DNA of 64,000 bases, from the NCBI GenBank assembly GCA_963727625.1, contig CAVSHR010000002.1, forward strand, positions 672,001 through 736,000, read 5' to 3'. The stretch comes from an uncultured delta proteobacterium. GTDB lineage: Bacteria > Desulfobacterota > Binatia > UBA9968. Both the position numbers and the translations under genes were made by a program. Below are positions 30,379-39,844 of the stretch, in pieces; position 1 is the first letter of the stretch, and every line of letters starts with the position of its first letter. The notes under the pieces were generated by a model. It saw nothing but the letters and a program-made list of their open reading frames with translations. It searched no databases and was not told where the DNA came from.

Positions 30379-30661
30379 GGTTCGCTTCCGATGGGTTTGC
30401 TTGCGTTTGAGCCTGACATGCAGCGCGCGCAGACCAAACTCAAAGTCGCTTACCCGGCCACAAGCACGGGGTAGACGTCGAGGTCATTTACACCGCCGGC
30501 AGCTCGCGCCTCATCCAAGCCATGTTGGCTAAAAACCTGCCGATCTCCGAGATTGCGATTTCCGCGGTTATTCAAGCAATCTCGCCGGCCAATTTTATCG
30601 ACGTCGGTTATTAGAAAGTGCTGGAGCGAGTGGGTTCACCAAGAAGCGCTATGGTGAGTAG
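30367..30661 (+). pseudogene. Internally deleted NitT/TauT-type substrate-binding protein remnant
   Basis: Pieces in different frames: AQTKLKVAYPATS / KHGVDVEVIYTAGSSRLIQAMLA...PANFIDVGY* / SGFTKKRYGE*. The N-terminal piece parallels the SBP at 6738 (AQTKSKLGY...KAEGLELK). Confidence 0.6.
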
Positions 30662-30763
30662 TGATCCGCACTTCAAGTTGCAGGACGACGCGTTGAGCAA
30701 ATTATTTTGGGAAGACGAACCCACTCGCGCGAAAAAAAATGCAATCAAAAATTCACATTTTTA

Positions 30764-30792
30764 TTGACAGATAAAAACCACTTTCGTACACT
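30764..30792 (+). promoter_or_regulatory. Strong sigma70 promoter
   Basis: TTGACA (30764-30769), 17-bp spacer, TACACT (30787-30792); A/T-rich UP-like tract upstream. Confidence 0.8.
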
Positions 30793-30824
30793 GCTCATCA
30801 GCAGGGAAAGGAGGTGGTCCAGAC

Positions 30825-30866
30825 ATGATTGATAAAAGTACTGTCTGCGAGGTGGCTGAGACTTAG
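30825..30866 (+). CDS. 13-codon small ORF MIDKSTVCEVAET (or part of an sRNA)
   Basis: Preceded by GAAAGGAGGTGGTCCAG and a promoter; followed by a hairpin. Confidence 0.45.
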   Translation: MIDKSTVCEVAET

Positions 30867-30887
30867 GCTCTAGGCGGAATCTTTGAC

Positions 30888-30918
30888 GGGGATTCAGGCC
30901 TGGAGCCTGGGAATCCCC
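30888..30918. terminator. GC-rich hairpin between the mini-unit and the convergent HEAT gene
   Basis: GGGGATTC-AGGC-CTGGA-GCCT-GG-GAATCCCC; no long U tract. Confidence 0.5.
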
Positions 30919-30942
30919 CTCAGTCCACCTAGTGGGTCCGCT

Positions 30943-31683
30943 TCAACGGTCGCTTGCGCTGCCGCTTGAAGCGGACCTTCTTTTTTCCAGCAATTCGAGT
31001 GCGGTTAGGGCCGCTTTTCTCGACCCCCGATCTTCGCTCTCGCTGTTCTTTTTTAACGCAGCCAGAAATTCTGCTGTTGGCTGTCCCAGATTCGCCAGCG
31101 CAATTGCGGCTGTGTGACGCACCTTGGCTTCCGCATCGTCACCGTAAATTCGTAACAAAACATTTTTTCCGGCGGCGTCAAGATCTGGTCGTAGCCTCAA
31201 ACAAATGGCGGCGGCGACCCTGACGGTGACATCGGGATCACCCAGGGCCCCGAGCAACGCTGACCGGCTCGCCGGATCGGTCAAGGCAAGATCGCGAATG
31301 CAGTAAAGCGCCATGCGTTTCTGATGCGCGGTGCCGTCGGCGCTGAGTTGCATCAGTCGCGGGACGATAGCGCCGTCAATTTTTGCAATGCGAATCAGCA
31401 GGAGGGCGATCGCCCAGCGAATGTCTGCCTCGCCGTGATCCAGGGCGTCGAGCAGCCCTTGCAGCGCGGCGCGGGAAGGTTCCGGCAGATGACCCAGAAT
31501 GTAGGCTACTGGCCAGTAATTTTTATGACCGCTCGCGGTCAGTCGGTGCCCTAGGATTTCGCGCAGGCGAGGAGTCTCGTCGGCGAGGGCGATCAGCTTG
31601 TCGACGGCCGCGCGAATCGCCGGCTTGTTATGTTGATCCAGGTCGGCAATGAGCGCGTCAATTTGGCGATCGTCCAGTTCCAT
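30943..31683 (-). CDS. HEAT-repeat protein
   Basis: Repeated ALDH..ADIRWAIA, ALGDPDVTVRVAAA and KVRHTAAIALANLG helical repeats. Confidence 0.8.
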   Translation of the reverse strand: MELDDRQIDALIADLDQHNKPAIRAAVDKLIALADETPRLREILGHRLTASGHKNYWPVAYILGHLPEPSRAALQGLLDALDHGEADIRWAIALLLIRIAKIDGAIVPRLMQLSADGTAHQKRMALYCIRDLALTDPASRSALLGALGDPDVTVRVAAAICLRLRPDLDAAGKNVLLRIYGDDAEAKVRHTAAIALANLGQPTAEFLAALKKNSESEDRGSRKAALTALELLEKRRSASSGSASDR

Positions 31684-31754
31684 GATGAGTCCGCCTGCGC
31701 TCAACCGCAGATCATCGACTTAAATTGTTCTGTGGTCTTCTCGCCCCGGCGCCC

Positions 31755-32954
31755 TTAGATTTCCAGAAACTGCGGACAGTCCGTAAGATTTCGATTGGCT
31801 TTGGTCGTGACGAGAACGACGTCTTCCAAGCGCACGCCACCGACGCCGAGATAGTAAAGCCCGGGTTCCACGGTAACGACATGACCGGTGTGCAGGGTCG
31901 CGTCGATCGGTGCGATGCGCGGCGGTTCGTGGATATCCAACCCGAGACCGTGGCCCGTGCCGTGAAAAAATCCCTGCATTCGCCCGTTAATTTTACCGGT
32001 GTGAAACCCGCGCGCCTCGAACAGATCGAGAATTTTTTGGTGCACTTCCCTGCCGTTGACGCCGTCGTGGATATTGTCATAGCCGATCTTCTGCCCGGTC
32101 TGAACGGTGGCGTAAATTTCTTTGAGCTTGTCCGAGGCGCGGCCGCGCACTACCGTACGGCTCAAATCGCCGAAGTAACCGTTTTGTTGCGAGCGCGGAA
32201 AGATGTCGAAAATGATCGAGGTGTTTGCCTTGATCGGCCCGCTGCCCTCGTGATGGGGATCGACGCATTGATTTCCCGAAGAGATAATCGTGTGGCTCGG
32301 CAGCCAGCCCTGCGCCATGATCGTAGTATTCACCGCGGTCTTGAGCATCTCGGAAGTAAGCCGGGTGCCGTTCAGATAAAGATAGCCGTCGCGCTTGAAC
32401 TTGGTGTGTTTGAGCATGCGGATGCCCGCATCGAGCCCGAGCCGGGCGACGCGTAGGGAGTCGGTGATGTGTTTGACTTCGAGGCGATATTTGGTTTCGC
32501 GTTCGGCCCAAAACGGATCGCGTTTGATCTGCACGCTGTACCCTTTGGTCCGAAGCTGGTCGGAGAGCAGCGCGGGAAAATTCGCCGGCACGATGAGCGA
32601 GCGGACGCCGCGTTCGCGGAACAATAGATCGAGAATGTCGATGATACCGATGGGCGTTTTGCCGAGCTTACGCAATTTGCGCTGGTAGAGCGACAGCGAA
32701 AGAACGCGATCCACCTGGGCCTGCTTCTTGGCGCGGTCGATTTCCAAGTCGCTCAGCACGGCGAACTTGACGTTTCTATGTTGAAAAAAAATAAACGGAT
32801 CCGGAACAAAGAAGCCGGTGGCGTAAAGTATATTGGAATCGCCCTCACTGGCGGCGACGATGAGCAGCGCTTGATCCTTGCGCGGGTTTGCAGATTTGCC
32901 GCTGCGGACTTTGGTTCTCGTGTTAGCTGGGGGATTGCGTTTTGAATCAAACAT
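31755..32954 (-). CDS. Xaa-Pro peptidase (M24 family)
   Basis: PHH, DIFP..GYFGDLSRT, HGTGHGLGLDIHE, TVEPGLY and GVRLED. Confidence 0.92.
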   Translation of the reverse strand: MFDSKRNPPANTRTKVRSGKSANPRKDQALLIVAASEGDSNILYATGFFVPDPFIFFQHRNVKFAVLSDLEIDRAKKQAQVDRVLSLSLYQRKLRKLGKTPIGIIDILDLLFRERGVRSLIVPANFPALLSDQLRTKGYSVQIKRDPFWAERETKYRLEVKHITDSLRVARLGLDAGIRMLKHTKFKRDGYLYLNGTRLTSEMLKTAVNTTIMAQGWLPSHTIISSGNQCVDPHHEGSGPIKANTSIIFDIFPRSQQNGYFGDLSRTVVRGRASDKLKEIYATVQTGQKIGYDNIHDGVNGREVHQKILDLFEARGFHTGKINGRMQGFFHGTGHGLGLDIHEPPRIAPIDATLHTGHVVTVEPGLYYLGVGGVRLEDVVLVTTKANRNLTDCPQFLEI

Positions 32955-33065
32955 AGAATTTTTGCTCGTCGAGGTCTCTGTCGTCGTTGATCGCTAGAAT
33001 AGTAACGCGCGGCGTCGACGAGCGCAACGTTCATCATCCTTGACGCTCGGTCCGCGCAAGCTCAG

Positions 33066-33093
33066 TTGACAGGGCAGGGGCTTTTGTTATGAT
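33066..33093 (+). promoter_or_regulatory. Sigma70 promoter for the carboxylase operon
   Basis: TTGACA, 16-bp spacer ending in TGn, then TATGAT. Confidence 0.6.
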
Positions 33094-33150
33094 TTAACCC
33101 ATTCTTTTTCGCGGAATTGCTCCGATTACGTATCTAAGGAATTTTTTTTC

Positions 33151-34701
33151 ATGTCCATAACGGATAACTTCGAGAAACTCCGTGAACTCAACCAAACGGC
33201 CGATGCCGGAGGAGGCGAAGAACGCTCGCGCCGCCAGCATGAACAAGGCAAGTTATTGGCCCGAGAGCGAATCGACATTCTGCTCGACAGCGGCAGCTTC
33301 GTCGAACTCGATCGCCTGCGCACGCATCAGTGCACCGATTTTGGCTTGGATAAGCAGAAATATTTGGGCGATGCGGTGGTCACCGGCTTTGGCGCCATCG
33401 ACGGCCGGCTCGTGTATGTCTACTCCCAGGACTTCACCGTTTTCGGCGGCAGCTTGAGCCGCGTCGTCGGGGATAAAATTTGCAAGGTGATGGACATGGC
33501 GATGAAAAACGGCGCGCCGCTCGTCGGCATCAACGATTCAGGCGGCGCGCGTATTCAGGAGGGCGTCGACAGCCTGGCGGGGTACGGTGAGATTTTCCAG
33601 CGCAACGTGCTGGCCTCCGGCGTCGTGCCGCAGATCACCGCGATCATGGGTCCCTGCGCCGGCGGTGCAGTTTACTCGCCGGCGATCACGGATTTCATCT
33701 TCATGATCAAGACCAACAGTTACATGTTTATCACGGGTCCCGACGTGATTAAGACCGTGACCCACGAAGAGGTGACCAAGGATGCGCTGGGCGGGGCGGA
33801 AACCCACGGCGGTAAAAGCGGCGTGGCTCATTTCACCGCCAACAGCGAAAAAGACTGTTTGTTGATGATCCGCGAGTTGATCGGCTTTCTCCCCGGCAAC
33901 AACCAGGAAGATCCGCCGTTTCGCGCCACTAGCGACGATCCGTTGCGGCGCGACAAGCGGCTCAAGGATTTGGTGCCGGACAATCCGAACCGGCCCTACG
34001 ATATGAAGGAACTTATAACTCTGGTCGTCGACGAAGGTTATTTTTTTGAAGTCCAGCCGGAATTCGCCCGCAATATTGTCGTCGGATTTGCTCACATCGG
34101 CGGCCGCTCGGTCGGCATTGTCGCGAATCAACCGGCGCACCTGGCCGGTTGTCTTGACATCAACGCTTCGGTGAAAGCCGCACGTTTCATCCGCTTCTGT
34201 GATTGTTTCAACATTCCCATCGTGACTTTCGTCGACGTGCCGGGTTTTCTCCCGGGCACCGATCAGGAATATCACGGCATCATCCGCCACGGTGCCAAAC
34301 TGCTCTACGCCTACGCCGAAGCCACTGTGCCGAAGGTGACGATCGTAACCCGCAAGGCTTATGGCGGCGGCTATATCGTCATGTCGAGCAAGCATCTGCG
34401 CGGAGACATTAACTTGGCCTATCCCACTGGCGAAATTGCCGTGATGGGACCCGAGGGCGCCATCAATATCGTCTTCCGCGAGCAGCTGCAAAAGTCTTCT
34501 GATCCGGCCAAGATGCGCGACGAAATGGTCAGTAACTATCGCCAAACTTTTGCCAACCCGTTCAAGGCGGCGGAATCGGGTTACGTCGACGCGGTGATTT
34601 ATCCGGAAGAGACCCGGCCGACGCTGATCCGTGCTCTCGAGATGCTAAAAAATAAACAAGACCACATTCCGCCCAAGAAGCATGGTAATATTCCACTCTA
34701 A
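33151..34701 (+). CDS. pccB: Acyl-CoA (propionyl-CoA-like) carboxylase carboxyltransferase beta subunit
   Basis: [30 protein letters not shown] and KKHGNIPL. Confidence 0.9.
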   Translation: MSITDNFEKLRELNQTADAGGGEERSRRQHEQGKLLARERIDILLDSGSFVELDRLRTHQCTDFGLDKQKYLGDAVVTGFGAIDGRLVYVYSQDFTVFGGSLSRVVGDKICKVMDMAMKNGAPLVGINDSGGARIQEGVDSLAGYGEIFQRNVLASGVVPQITAIMGPCAGGAVYSPAITDFIFMIKTNSYMFITGPDVIKTVTHEEVTKDALGGAETHGGKSGVAHFTANSEKDCLLMIRELIGFLPGNNQEDPPFRATSDDPLRRDKRLKDLVPDNPNRPYDMKELITLVVDEGYFFEVQPEFARNIVVGFAHIGGRSVGIVANQPAHLAGCLDINASVKAARFIRFCDCFNIPIVTFVDVPGFLPGTDQEYHGIIRHGAKLLYAYAEATVPKVTIVTRKAYGGGYIVMSSKHLRGDINLAYPTGEIAVMGPEGAINIVFREQLQKSSDPAKMRDEMVSNYRQTFANPFKAAESGYVDAVIYPEETRPTLIRALEMLKNKQDHIPPKKHGNIPL

Positions 34702-34703
34702 AA

Positions 34704-34784
34704 GAGGCGCGAGGCGACAGGCTAGAGGCGCGAGAAAAACGAAAGAGTTTTCCTGCTCACGCCCCACGCCCCACGCCTCGCGCC
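34704..34784. repeat. Inverted array of 7-nt GAGGCGC-like units
   Basis: GAGGCGC GAGGCGA CAGGCTA GAGGCGC ... CTCACGC CCCACGC CCCACGC CTCGCGC, inside the operon. Confidence 0.7.
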
Positions 34785-34793
34785 CATTCGTAC

Positions 34794-36335
34794 ATGTTTA
34801 AACGAGTTCTTATTGCTAATCGCGGCGAGATCGCGGTGCGCATCGCGCGCGCCTGTCGCGAGCTGGATATTGAAACAGTCGCGGTCTATTCCGAAGCCGA
34901 CCGCGAATCCTTGCATGTCAAATACGCGGACTACGCCTATCTCATCGGGCCGCCCCCTTCGGCTCAGAGCTATCTAGCAATCGATCGGATCATTGACGTT
35001 TGTAAGAAAAGCGGCGCCGAGGCAGTGCACCCGGGCTACGGCTTTTTGGCCGAGAACGTCGCCTTCGCGCAGCGCTGCAAGGAAGAGGGGATCGTCTTCA
35101 TCGGCCCTTCGCCCCGGGTGATCGATCAGATGGGCGACAAGGTCAAAGCACGCCAGATCATGAAAGCGGCCGGCGTGCCGGTGGTCCCGGGTTCCGACGG
35201 TATCTTAACTTCCGAAGAAGAGGTGCTGAAAACCATCGAGTCGATCGGCTACCCCTGCATGCTCAAGGCCGTGGCCGGTGGCGGCGGCAAGGGACTACGG
35301 TTGGTGCGCGCTCGTCGTGAAGTGGCCTCGGCGTTTCGCGCCGTCGGCTCGGAAGCGTCGTCTTCGTTCGGCGACGCCCGCCTTTATGTCGAGAAATTCA
35401 TCGAAAAGCCGCGCCATATAGAGATCCAGATTCTCGCCGACAACTACGGCCACGTCATTCACCTTTACGACCGCGAGTGCTCGATCCAACGGAGGCATCA
35501 AAAAGTACTCGAGGAGTCGCCGGCGCCGGGAATGGATGACCGCACAAGGCGGCGGATTGGCCGGATCGCCATCCAAGGCGCGCGCGCGGTCGGCTACGTC
35601 GGCGCCGGGACGCTGGAGTTTCTACTTGACCAGGAGCAGAATTTTTATTTTCTCGAGATGAATACACGCCTGCAGGTCGAGCATGCGGTGACGGAACGAG
35701 TCGTCGGCATCGATCTGGTCAAGGCGCAGATCGAAGTGGCTGCGGGCGGCTATCTGCCCTGGCGCCAGCGCCATATCACCCAGACCGGCCACGCCATCGA
35801 GTGCCGCATTTACGCCGAAGACCCGGAACAAGATTTTATGCCCTGCCCGGGCAAGATCGAAGGCTTGCGCTTGCCCGAAGGCTTGGGACTGAGAAACGAT
35901 TGTGGTGTTTACGAAGGCGCTGAGGTGCCGATCTATTACGATCCAATGATCGCCAAACTGATCACCTGGGGCGAGAACCGGGTAGAGGCGATCCTGCGCA
36001 TGCGCCGCGCGCTGCGCGAATACCAAGTTCGGGGTATTAAAACCAACATTTCGTTTAATCAGTGGATCTTGCGCCATCCGCGTTTTATGTCGGGGGACGT
36101 GAATACCGGATTTATCGACCAGGAATTCCGGGCATCCGACAGCGAAGAGATGCTACCGCACAAGGAGATAGCGCTCGCCTCCGCGGCGATTGCCGCGCTG
36201 CACCGCGAGCAGGAGCAGACCTTGGGTCTGCTGGCCAAGGGCGCCGCAGAGCAATCCCGTTGGCGTGAACAAGGAAAGCGCAACGCCTTGCGGCGCGATT
36301 TTACCGTCATTAACCGCGGTCGGCGCCGCTCCTAG
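34794..36335 (+). CDS. accC: Biotin carboxylase subunit
   Basis: ANRGEIA, HPGYGFLAEN, GGGGKG, RECSIQRRHQK and EMNTRLQVEH. Confidence 0.93.
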   Translation: MFKRVLIANRGEIAVRIARACRELDIETVAVYSEADRESLHVKYADYAYLIGPPPSAQSYLAIDRIIDVCKKSGAEAVHPGYGFLAENVAFAQRCKEEGIVFIGPSPRVIDQMGDKVKARQIMKAAGVPVVPGSDGILTSEEEVLKTIESIGYPCMLKAVAGGGGKGLRLVRARREVASAFRAVGSEASSSFGDARLYVEKFIEKPRHIEIQILADNYGHVIHLYDRECSIQRRHQKVLEESPAPGMDDRTRRRIGRIAIQGARAVGYVGAGTLEFLLDQEQNFYFLEMNTRLQVEHAVTERVVGIDLVKAQIEVAAGGYLPWRQRHITQTGHAIECRIYAEDPEQDFMPCPGKIEGLRLPEGLGLRNDCGVYEGAEVPIYYDPMIAKLITWGENRVEAILRMRRALREYQVRGIKTNISFNQWILRHPRFMSGDVNTGFIDQEFRASDSEEMLPHKEIALASAAIAALHREQEQTLGLLAKGAAEQSRWREQGKRNALRRDFTVINRGRRRS

Positions 36336-36347
36336 GATCCGCTTGTC

Positions 36348-36851
36348 ATGGCATTTATCGCCAAGCTCGGCGATCAGAGTTACACCGTCGAAATTGAAGA
36401 GAGCGGTAAGTCCGTCTATCGGGTTTCGGTGGATGGCAATGAATTTCTGGTCGACGGCAAAAAAACCGGCCGGACCAACTATTCGCTGATCGTCGATAAC
36501 CGATCCTTTGAAATTGAAGTTGACAACAGCGACGACGAGTACCGGGTGCTGGTCGACGGGCGCAATTATCGCATTCATCTGGTCGACGAGCGGCGTGTGC
36601 GCATCGGCGGCACTCAATCGGGCGTCGAGCTCAAGGGACGGCAGAATGTGTCTGTGCCGATGCCGGGCAAAATCATCGCGGTCTTGGTGGCCGAAGGCGA
36701 CGCGGTGGAGAAGGGACAGGGGCTGGTCATCGTCGAGGCGATGAAGATGGAAAATGAAGTGCGCAGCCCGATCGCCGGCGAAGTGAGGGAGATCAAGGTC
36801 AAGCCGGGCGACACCGTGGAAGGCGGCGCCCCGCTACTGGTCGTGGAGTAG
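36348..36851 (+). CDS. Biotin carboxyl carrier protein
   Basis: PMPGKI and the EAMKMENE biotinylation motif. Confidence 0.92.
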   Translation: MAFIAKLGDQSYTVEIEESGKSVYRVSVDGNEFLVDGKKTGRTNYSLIVDNRSFEIEVDNSDDEYRVLVDGRNYRIHLVDERRVRIGGTQSGVELKGRQNVSVPMPGKIIAVLVAEGDAVEKGQGLVIVEAMKMENEVRSPIAGEVREIKVKPGDTVEGGAPLLVVE

Positions 36852-36919
36852 ACGATGGTTAATCTTTTTGTGCGCCAAATTCTTGTGACTCCGTTTTATT
36901 CATGTTATAGCAGCGCAAA

Positions 36920-37471
36920 ATGATTCCGAAAAAAGTTTTTTTCACTAAGGGCGTTGGCGTTCACAAGGAGAAGTTGGCGTCGTTCGAGTTGGCGTTGCGT
37001 TCGGCCGGGTTGGCGTACTGCAATCTGGTGCTGGTTTCCAGTATCTACCCGCCGGGTTGCAAGCGGATCTCCAAGGAAGAAGGCATTAAGCTTCTCCGTC
37101 CCGGCGAGATCGTCTTTTGTGTCTACGACCGCGAAAGCACCAACGAACCGAACCGTTTGGTGGCGGCCTCGGTGGGCGTCGCTATTCCGGCCGATCAAGA
37201 GCAGCACGGCTATCTTTCCGAGCATCACTCTTTCGGCGAGACCGAAGAAAAAGCCGGCGAGTACGCGGAAGATCTGGCCGCCAGCATGCTTGCGACGACG
37301 CTCGGCATCGAGTTCGATCCGGATACGGCCTGGGACGAGCGGGAAAATCTTTTCAAAATGTCCGGCAAAATCGTGCGCACCTCGAACATCACCCAGTCGG
37401 CTATCGGCAACAAAGAGGGACTGTGGACGACCGTGTTCGCCGCCTGCGCTTTCATTAACGACGATAGCTAG
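36920..37471 (+). CDS. Pyruvoyl-dependent arginine decarboxylase (PdaD/AaxB family)
   Basis: [21 protein letters not shown] (Ser-Ser autocleavage site), GYLSEHH and AEDLAASML. Confidence 0.9.
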   Translation: MIPKKVFFTKGVGVHKEKLASFELALRSAGLAYCNLVLVSSIYPPGCKRISKEEGIKLLRPGEIVFCVYDRESTNEPNRLVAASVGVAIPADQEQHGYLSEHHSFGETEEKAGEYAEDLAASMLATTLGIEFDPDTAWDERENLFKMSGKIVRTSNITQSAIGNKEGLWTTVFAACAFINDDS

Positions 37472-37610
37472 AGCTTCCTTCCTTTTCTCATTGATCATGG
37501 GTCTCATTCGTAGCTGACTTGCCGCGGTTAATGTGTCCGCGGTTAGGCGTGCACGGTCAATCGTCGGGGGTCCATCCAATCGCTTTACACCTCGCCCCTT
37601 ACCGATTTTT

Positions 37611-38384
37611 TTACTCCGCGTTCCGTTCCAGACGGTTCATTCTGAAACGAGCTGCATAGGCGACGACAATGCAGAGGCCGTAAAGCAGCGCTAGCGGCAC
37701 CATCAGCAGCACCTGGGAAATTAAGTCGGGCGGTGTCAAGACGGCGGCAAGCAGCGCGATCGCGATGATCGCGTAGCGGCCGTGGCGAATCAGAAAACGG
37801 TGATCGATGATGCCTACCCGGGCGAGAAAGAACGCGAGCACCGGCAGTTCGAACATGGTGCCGAAGGCGAGAACGAGCCGGGAAACCGCCGAGAGGTAGT
37901 TGCCGACCTGCAGCAACGGTTGAATATCGATCGCTTCATAGCGGCGGAGCAGAAAGCCCAACCCGAGCTGGACGACGATTTCGTAGCAAAAAGCCGCTCC
38001 CGCGATGAAAAAAAACGAACCGAATAGGACAAAGCTTTTGGTGTAGCGCTTTTCATGCTCGTACAGGCCCGGCGCGATGAACTGCCAGAGCTGCCAGAGC
38101 AGCACCGGCAAGGCGAGAATCACGGCCGCTGCAAAAGAAACTTTCATCTTGGTAAAAAACGCTTCGGTGACCGAGGTGCCAATCAGCGTTAGCCCGCGGA
38201 TATGCAAGCGGCGCAGCGGCGCGGCTAGGACAGCAAAAATATCGTCTACTACGGCGTAGCAAGCAATGAAGCCCAGTGCGACCGCTAGAACACTTTTAAT
38301 CAACCGATTGCGCAGCTCGGCGAGATGGGAGGTAAAGGGCATCTGGACGTCAGAAGCTCGTCCATTACCCTCAATCGTGCTCAC
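37611..38384 (-). CDS. tatC: Twin-arginine translocase subunit TatC
   Basis: [26 protein letters not shown] and LTPPD. Confidence 0.95.
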   Translation of the reverse strand: MSTIEGNGRASDVQMPFTSHLAELRNRLIKSVLAVALGFIACYAVVDDIFAVLAAPLRRLHIRGLTLIGTSVTEAFFTKMKVSFAAAVILALPVLLWQLWQFIAPGLYEHEKRYTKSFVLFGSFFFIAGAAFCYEIVVQLGLGFLLRRYEAIDIQPLLQVGNYLSAVSRLVLAFGTMFELPVLAFFLARVGIIDHRFLIRHGRYAIIAIALLAAVLTPPDLISQVLLMVPLALLYGLCIVVAYAARFRMNRLERNAE

Positions 38385-38653
38385 TTTTTCTCTGGCGCGG
38401 CAGTCGAGTCCGCGCCGGCGGGCTCAGTGGGGTTTTCTAACGGCTGCTCGTCTTGGGCGGCCATGATCTGGGGTGAGTCGTCGACTTCGTGCTCCATCTG
38501 GCGAAACTCTTGCTTGAGTTCATCGGTGGCGCGGCGAAATTCAGCCATGCCTTTTCCGAGCGCCTTAGCGAGTTCGGGGAGTTTTTTGGGACCGAGGACG
38601 ATCAGGGCCAGCCCCAGGATCAACAATAACTCTGGCATACCGATGCCGAACAT
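38381..38653 (-). CDS. TatA/TatB family subunit
   Basis: [30 protein letters not shown]; immediately upstream of tatC. Confidence 0.92.
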   Translation of the reverse strand: MFGIGMPELLLILGLALIVLGPKKLPELAKALGKGMAEFRRATDELKQEFRQMEHEVDDSPQIMAAQDEQPLENPTEPAGADSTAAPEKK

Positions 38654-38739
38654 GACTCTAAGCTATGCGATTTCCCGAAATTTGGCAAGGTTCAGCGCTG
38701 GTTTTGCAGCGTCTTCGTTTTATATGTTAGGTTGATATT

Positions 38740-39768
38740 GTGAAGCCCAGCGCTGTCGTAGTCGATCCCGAATACCTGAAGCATCTTCCCGGCAAAGCTC
38801 ATCCCGAGCGGCCCGAGCGCATCGGCGTACTGCTTGATTTGGCGCGCCAACTGGACCGGCGAACATTTGCTATCTTGCCCCCGAAAGCCGCAAATCGTAC
38901 CGAGGTGGAACGGATCCATGGAGCGGATTATGTTCGCTTGGTCGAATCAACGTCCACGGTGAATCACTACGCCTTGGACGGCGACACGATCACTTGTCGG
39001 GACTCTTTCGCTGTTAGCTTGCTTGCAGCCGGCGGCTTTTTGAACATGCTCGATGCGATTGCCGCCGGTGAAAACCAAAACGGCTTTGCGCTGGTGCGCC
39101 CGCCCGGCCATCATGCCTTGCGTGGTCGGGCGATGGGTTTTTGTCTGTTCAATACGATGGCGATCGGCGCCGAGTACCTGAAGAGCACTTATGGCGTGAA
39201 GAAGATCTTAATCGTGGATTGGGATGTCCATCACGGTAACGGCACCCAGGATGCGTTTTATGATGATCCGTCGGTGTTCTTCATCTCGACCCATCAGTTT
39301 CCCTTTTACCCGGGTAGCGGCGCAGTGAATGAAATCGGCGTCGGCGCCGGCGAGGGCTTCACGATCAACGTGCCTCTGCCCGCGGGCTGCGCCGACCGGC
39401 AATACCTTCAAGTCTTTCAAGACGTGATCGTCCCCGCGGCGCTAAGCTTCCAGCCCGAATGGATTCTAGTTTCCGCCGGTTTTGATGCGCACCGGCGCGA
39501 TCCTCTCGGCGGGATGGGCGTTACCGAACGAGGCTTCGGCGCGATGGCGCGCGCGCTGCTTGCGCTGTCTGATAAATTTTGCGCCGGCCGCATCGGCTTT
39601 TTACTTGAGGGCGGTTACGATCTCACCGGGCTGCGCGATTCGGTCGCGGCGGTGCTGACCGAGATGCAAAACCCCGTGCGTACCGCGATCGATTCGTTGC
39701 CGCAAGCCGAAAGCGGCCTCGAACCACTGCTTCGCCGCATGCTGCAAGTGCACGAAAAATATCGATAA
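38740..39768 (+). CDS. Histone deacetylase family (acetylpolyamine amidohydrolase-like)
   Basis: HPERPER, RPPGHHA, GFCLFN, DWDVHHGNGTQ, SAGFD and LEGGY. Confidence 0.93.
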   Translation: MKPSAVVVDPEYLKHLPGKAHPERPERIGVLLDLARQLDRRTFAILPPKAANRTEVERIHGADYVRLVESTSTVNHYALDGDTITCRDSFAVSLLAAGGFLNMLDAIAAGENQNGFALVRPPGHHALRGRAMGFCLFNTMAIGAEYLKSTYGVKKILIVDWDVHHGNGTQDAFYDDPSVFFISTHQFPFYPGSGAVNEIGVGAGEGFTINVPLPAGCADRQYLQVFQDVIVPAALSFQPEWILVSAGFDAHRRDPLGGMGVTERGFGAMARALLALSDKFCAGRIGFLLEGGYDLTGLRDSVAAVLTEMQNPVRTAIDSLPQAESGLEPLLRRMLQVHEKYR

Positions 39769-39780
39769 ACCAAAATACTA

Positions 39781-39809
39781 TTGACCGTCCGGGCCGACTC
39801 ATCTATCTT
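39781..39809 (+). promoter_or_regulatory. Putative sigma70 promoter for fabF-fabH
   Basis: TTGACC, 17-bp spacer, TATCTT. Confidence 0.45.
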
Positions 39810-39844
39810 AACGTCGCAAATCCGCTACAGATTGGTTACGAATC

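Noticed and set aside
30806-30822. 16S rRNA gene fragment on the minus strand
   Set aside because: The match is only 17 nt and the flanks do not continue as 16S sequence, so it is treated as an extended SD.
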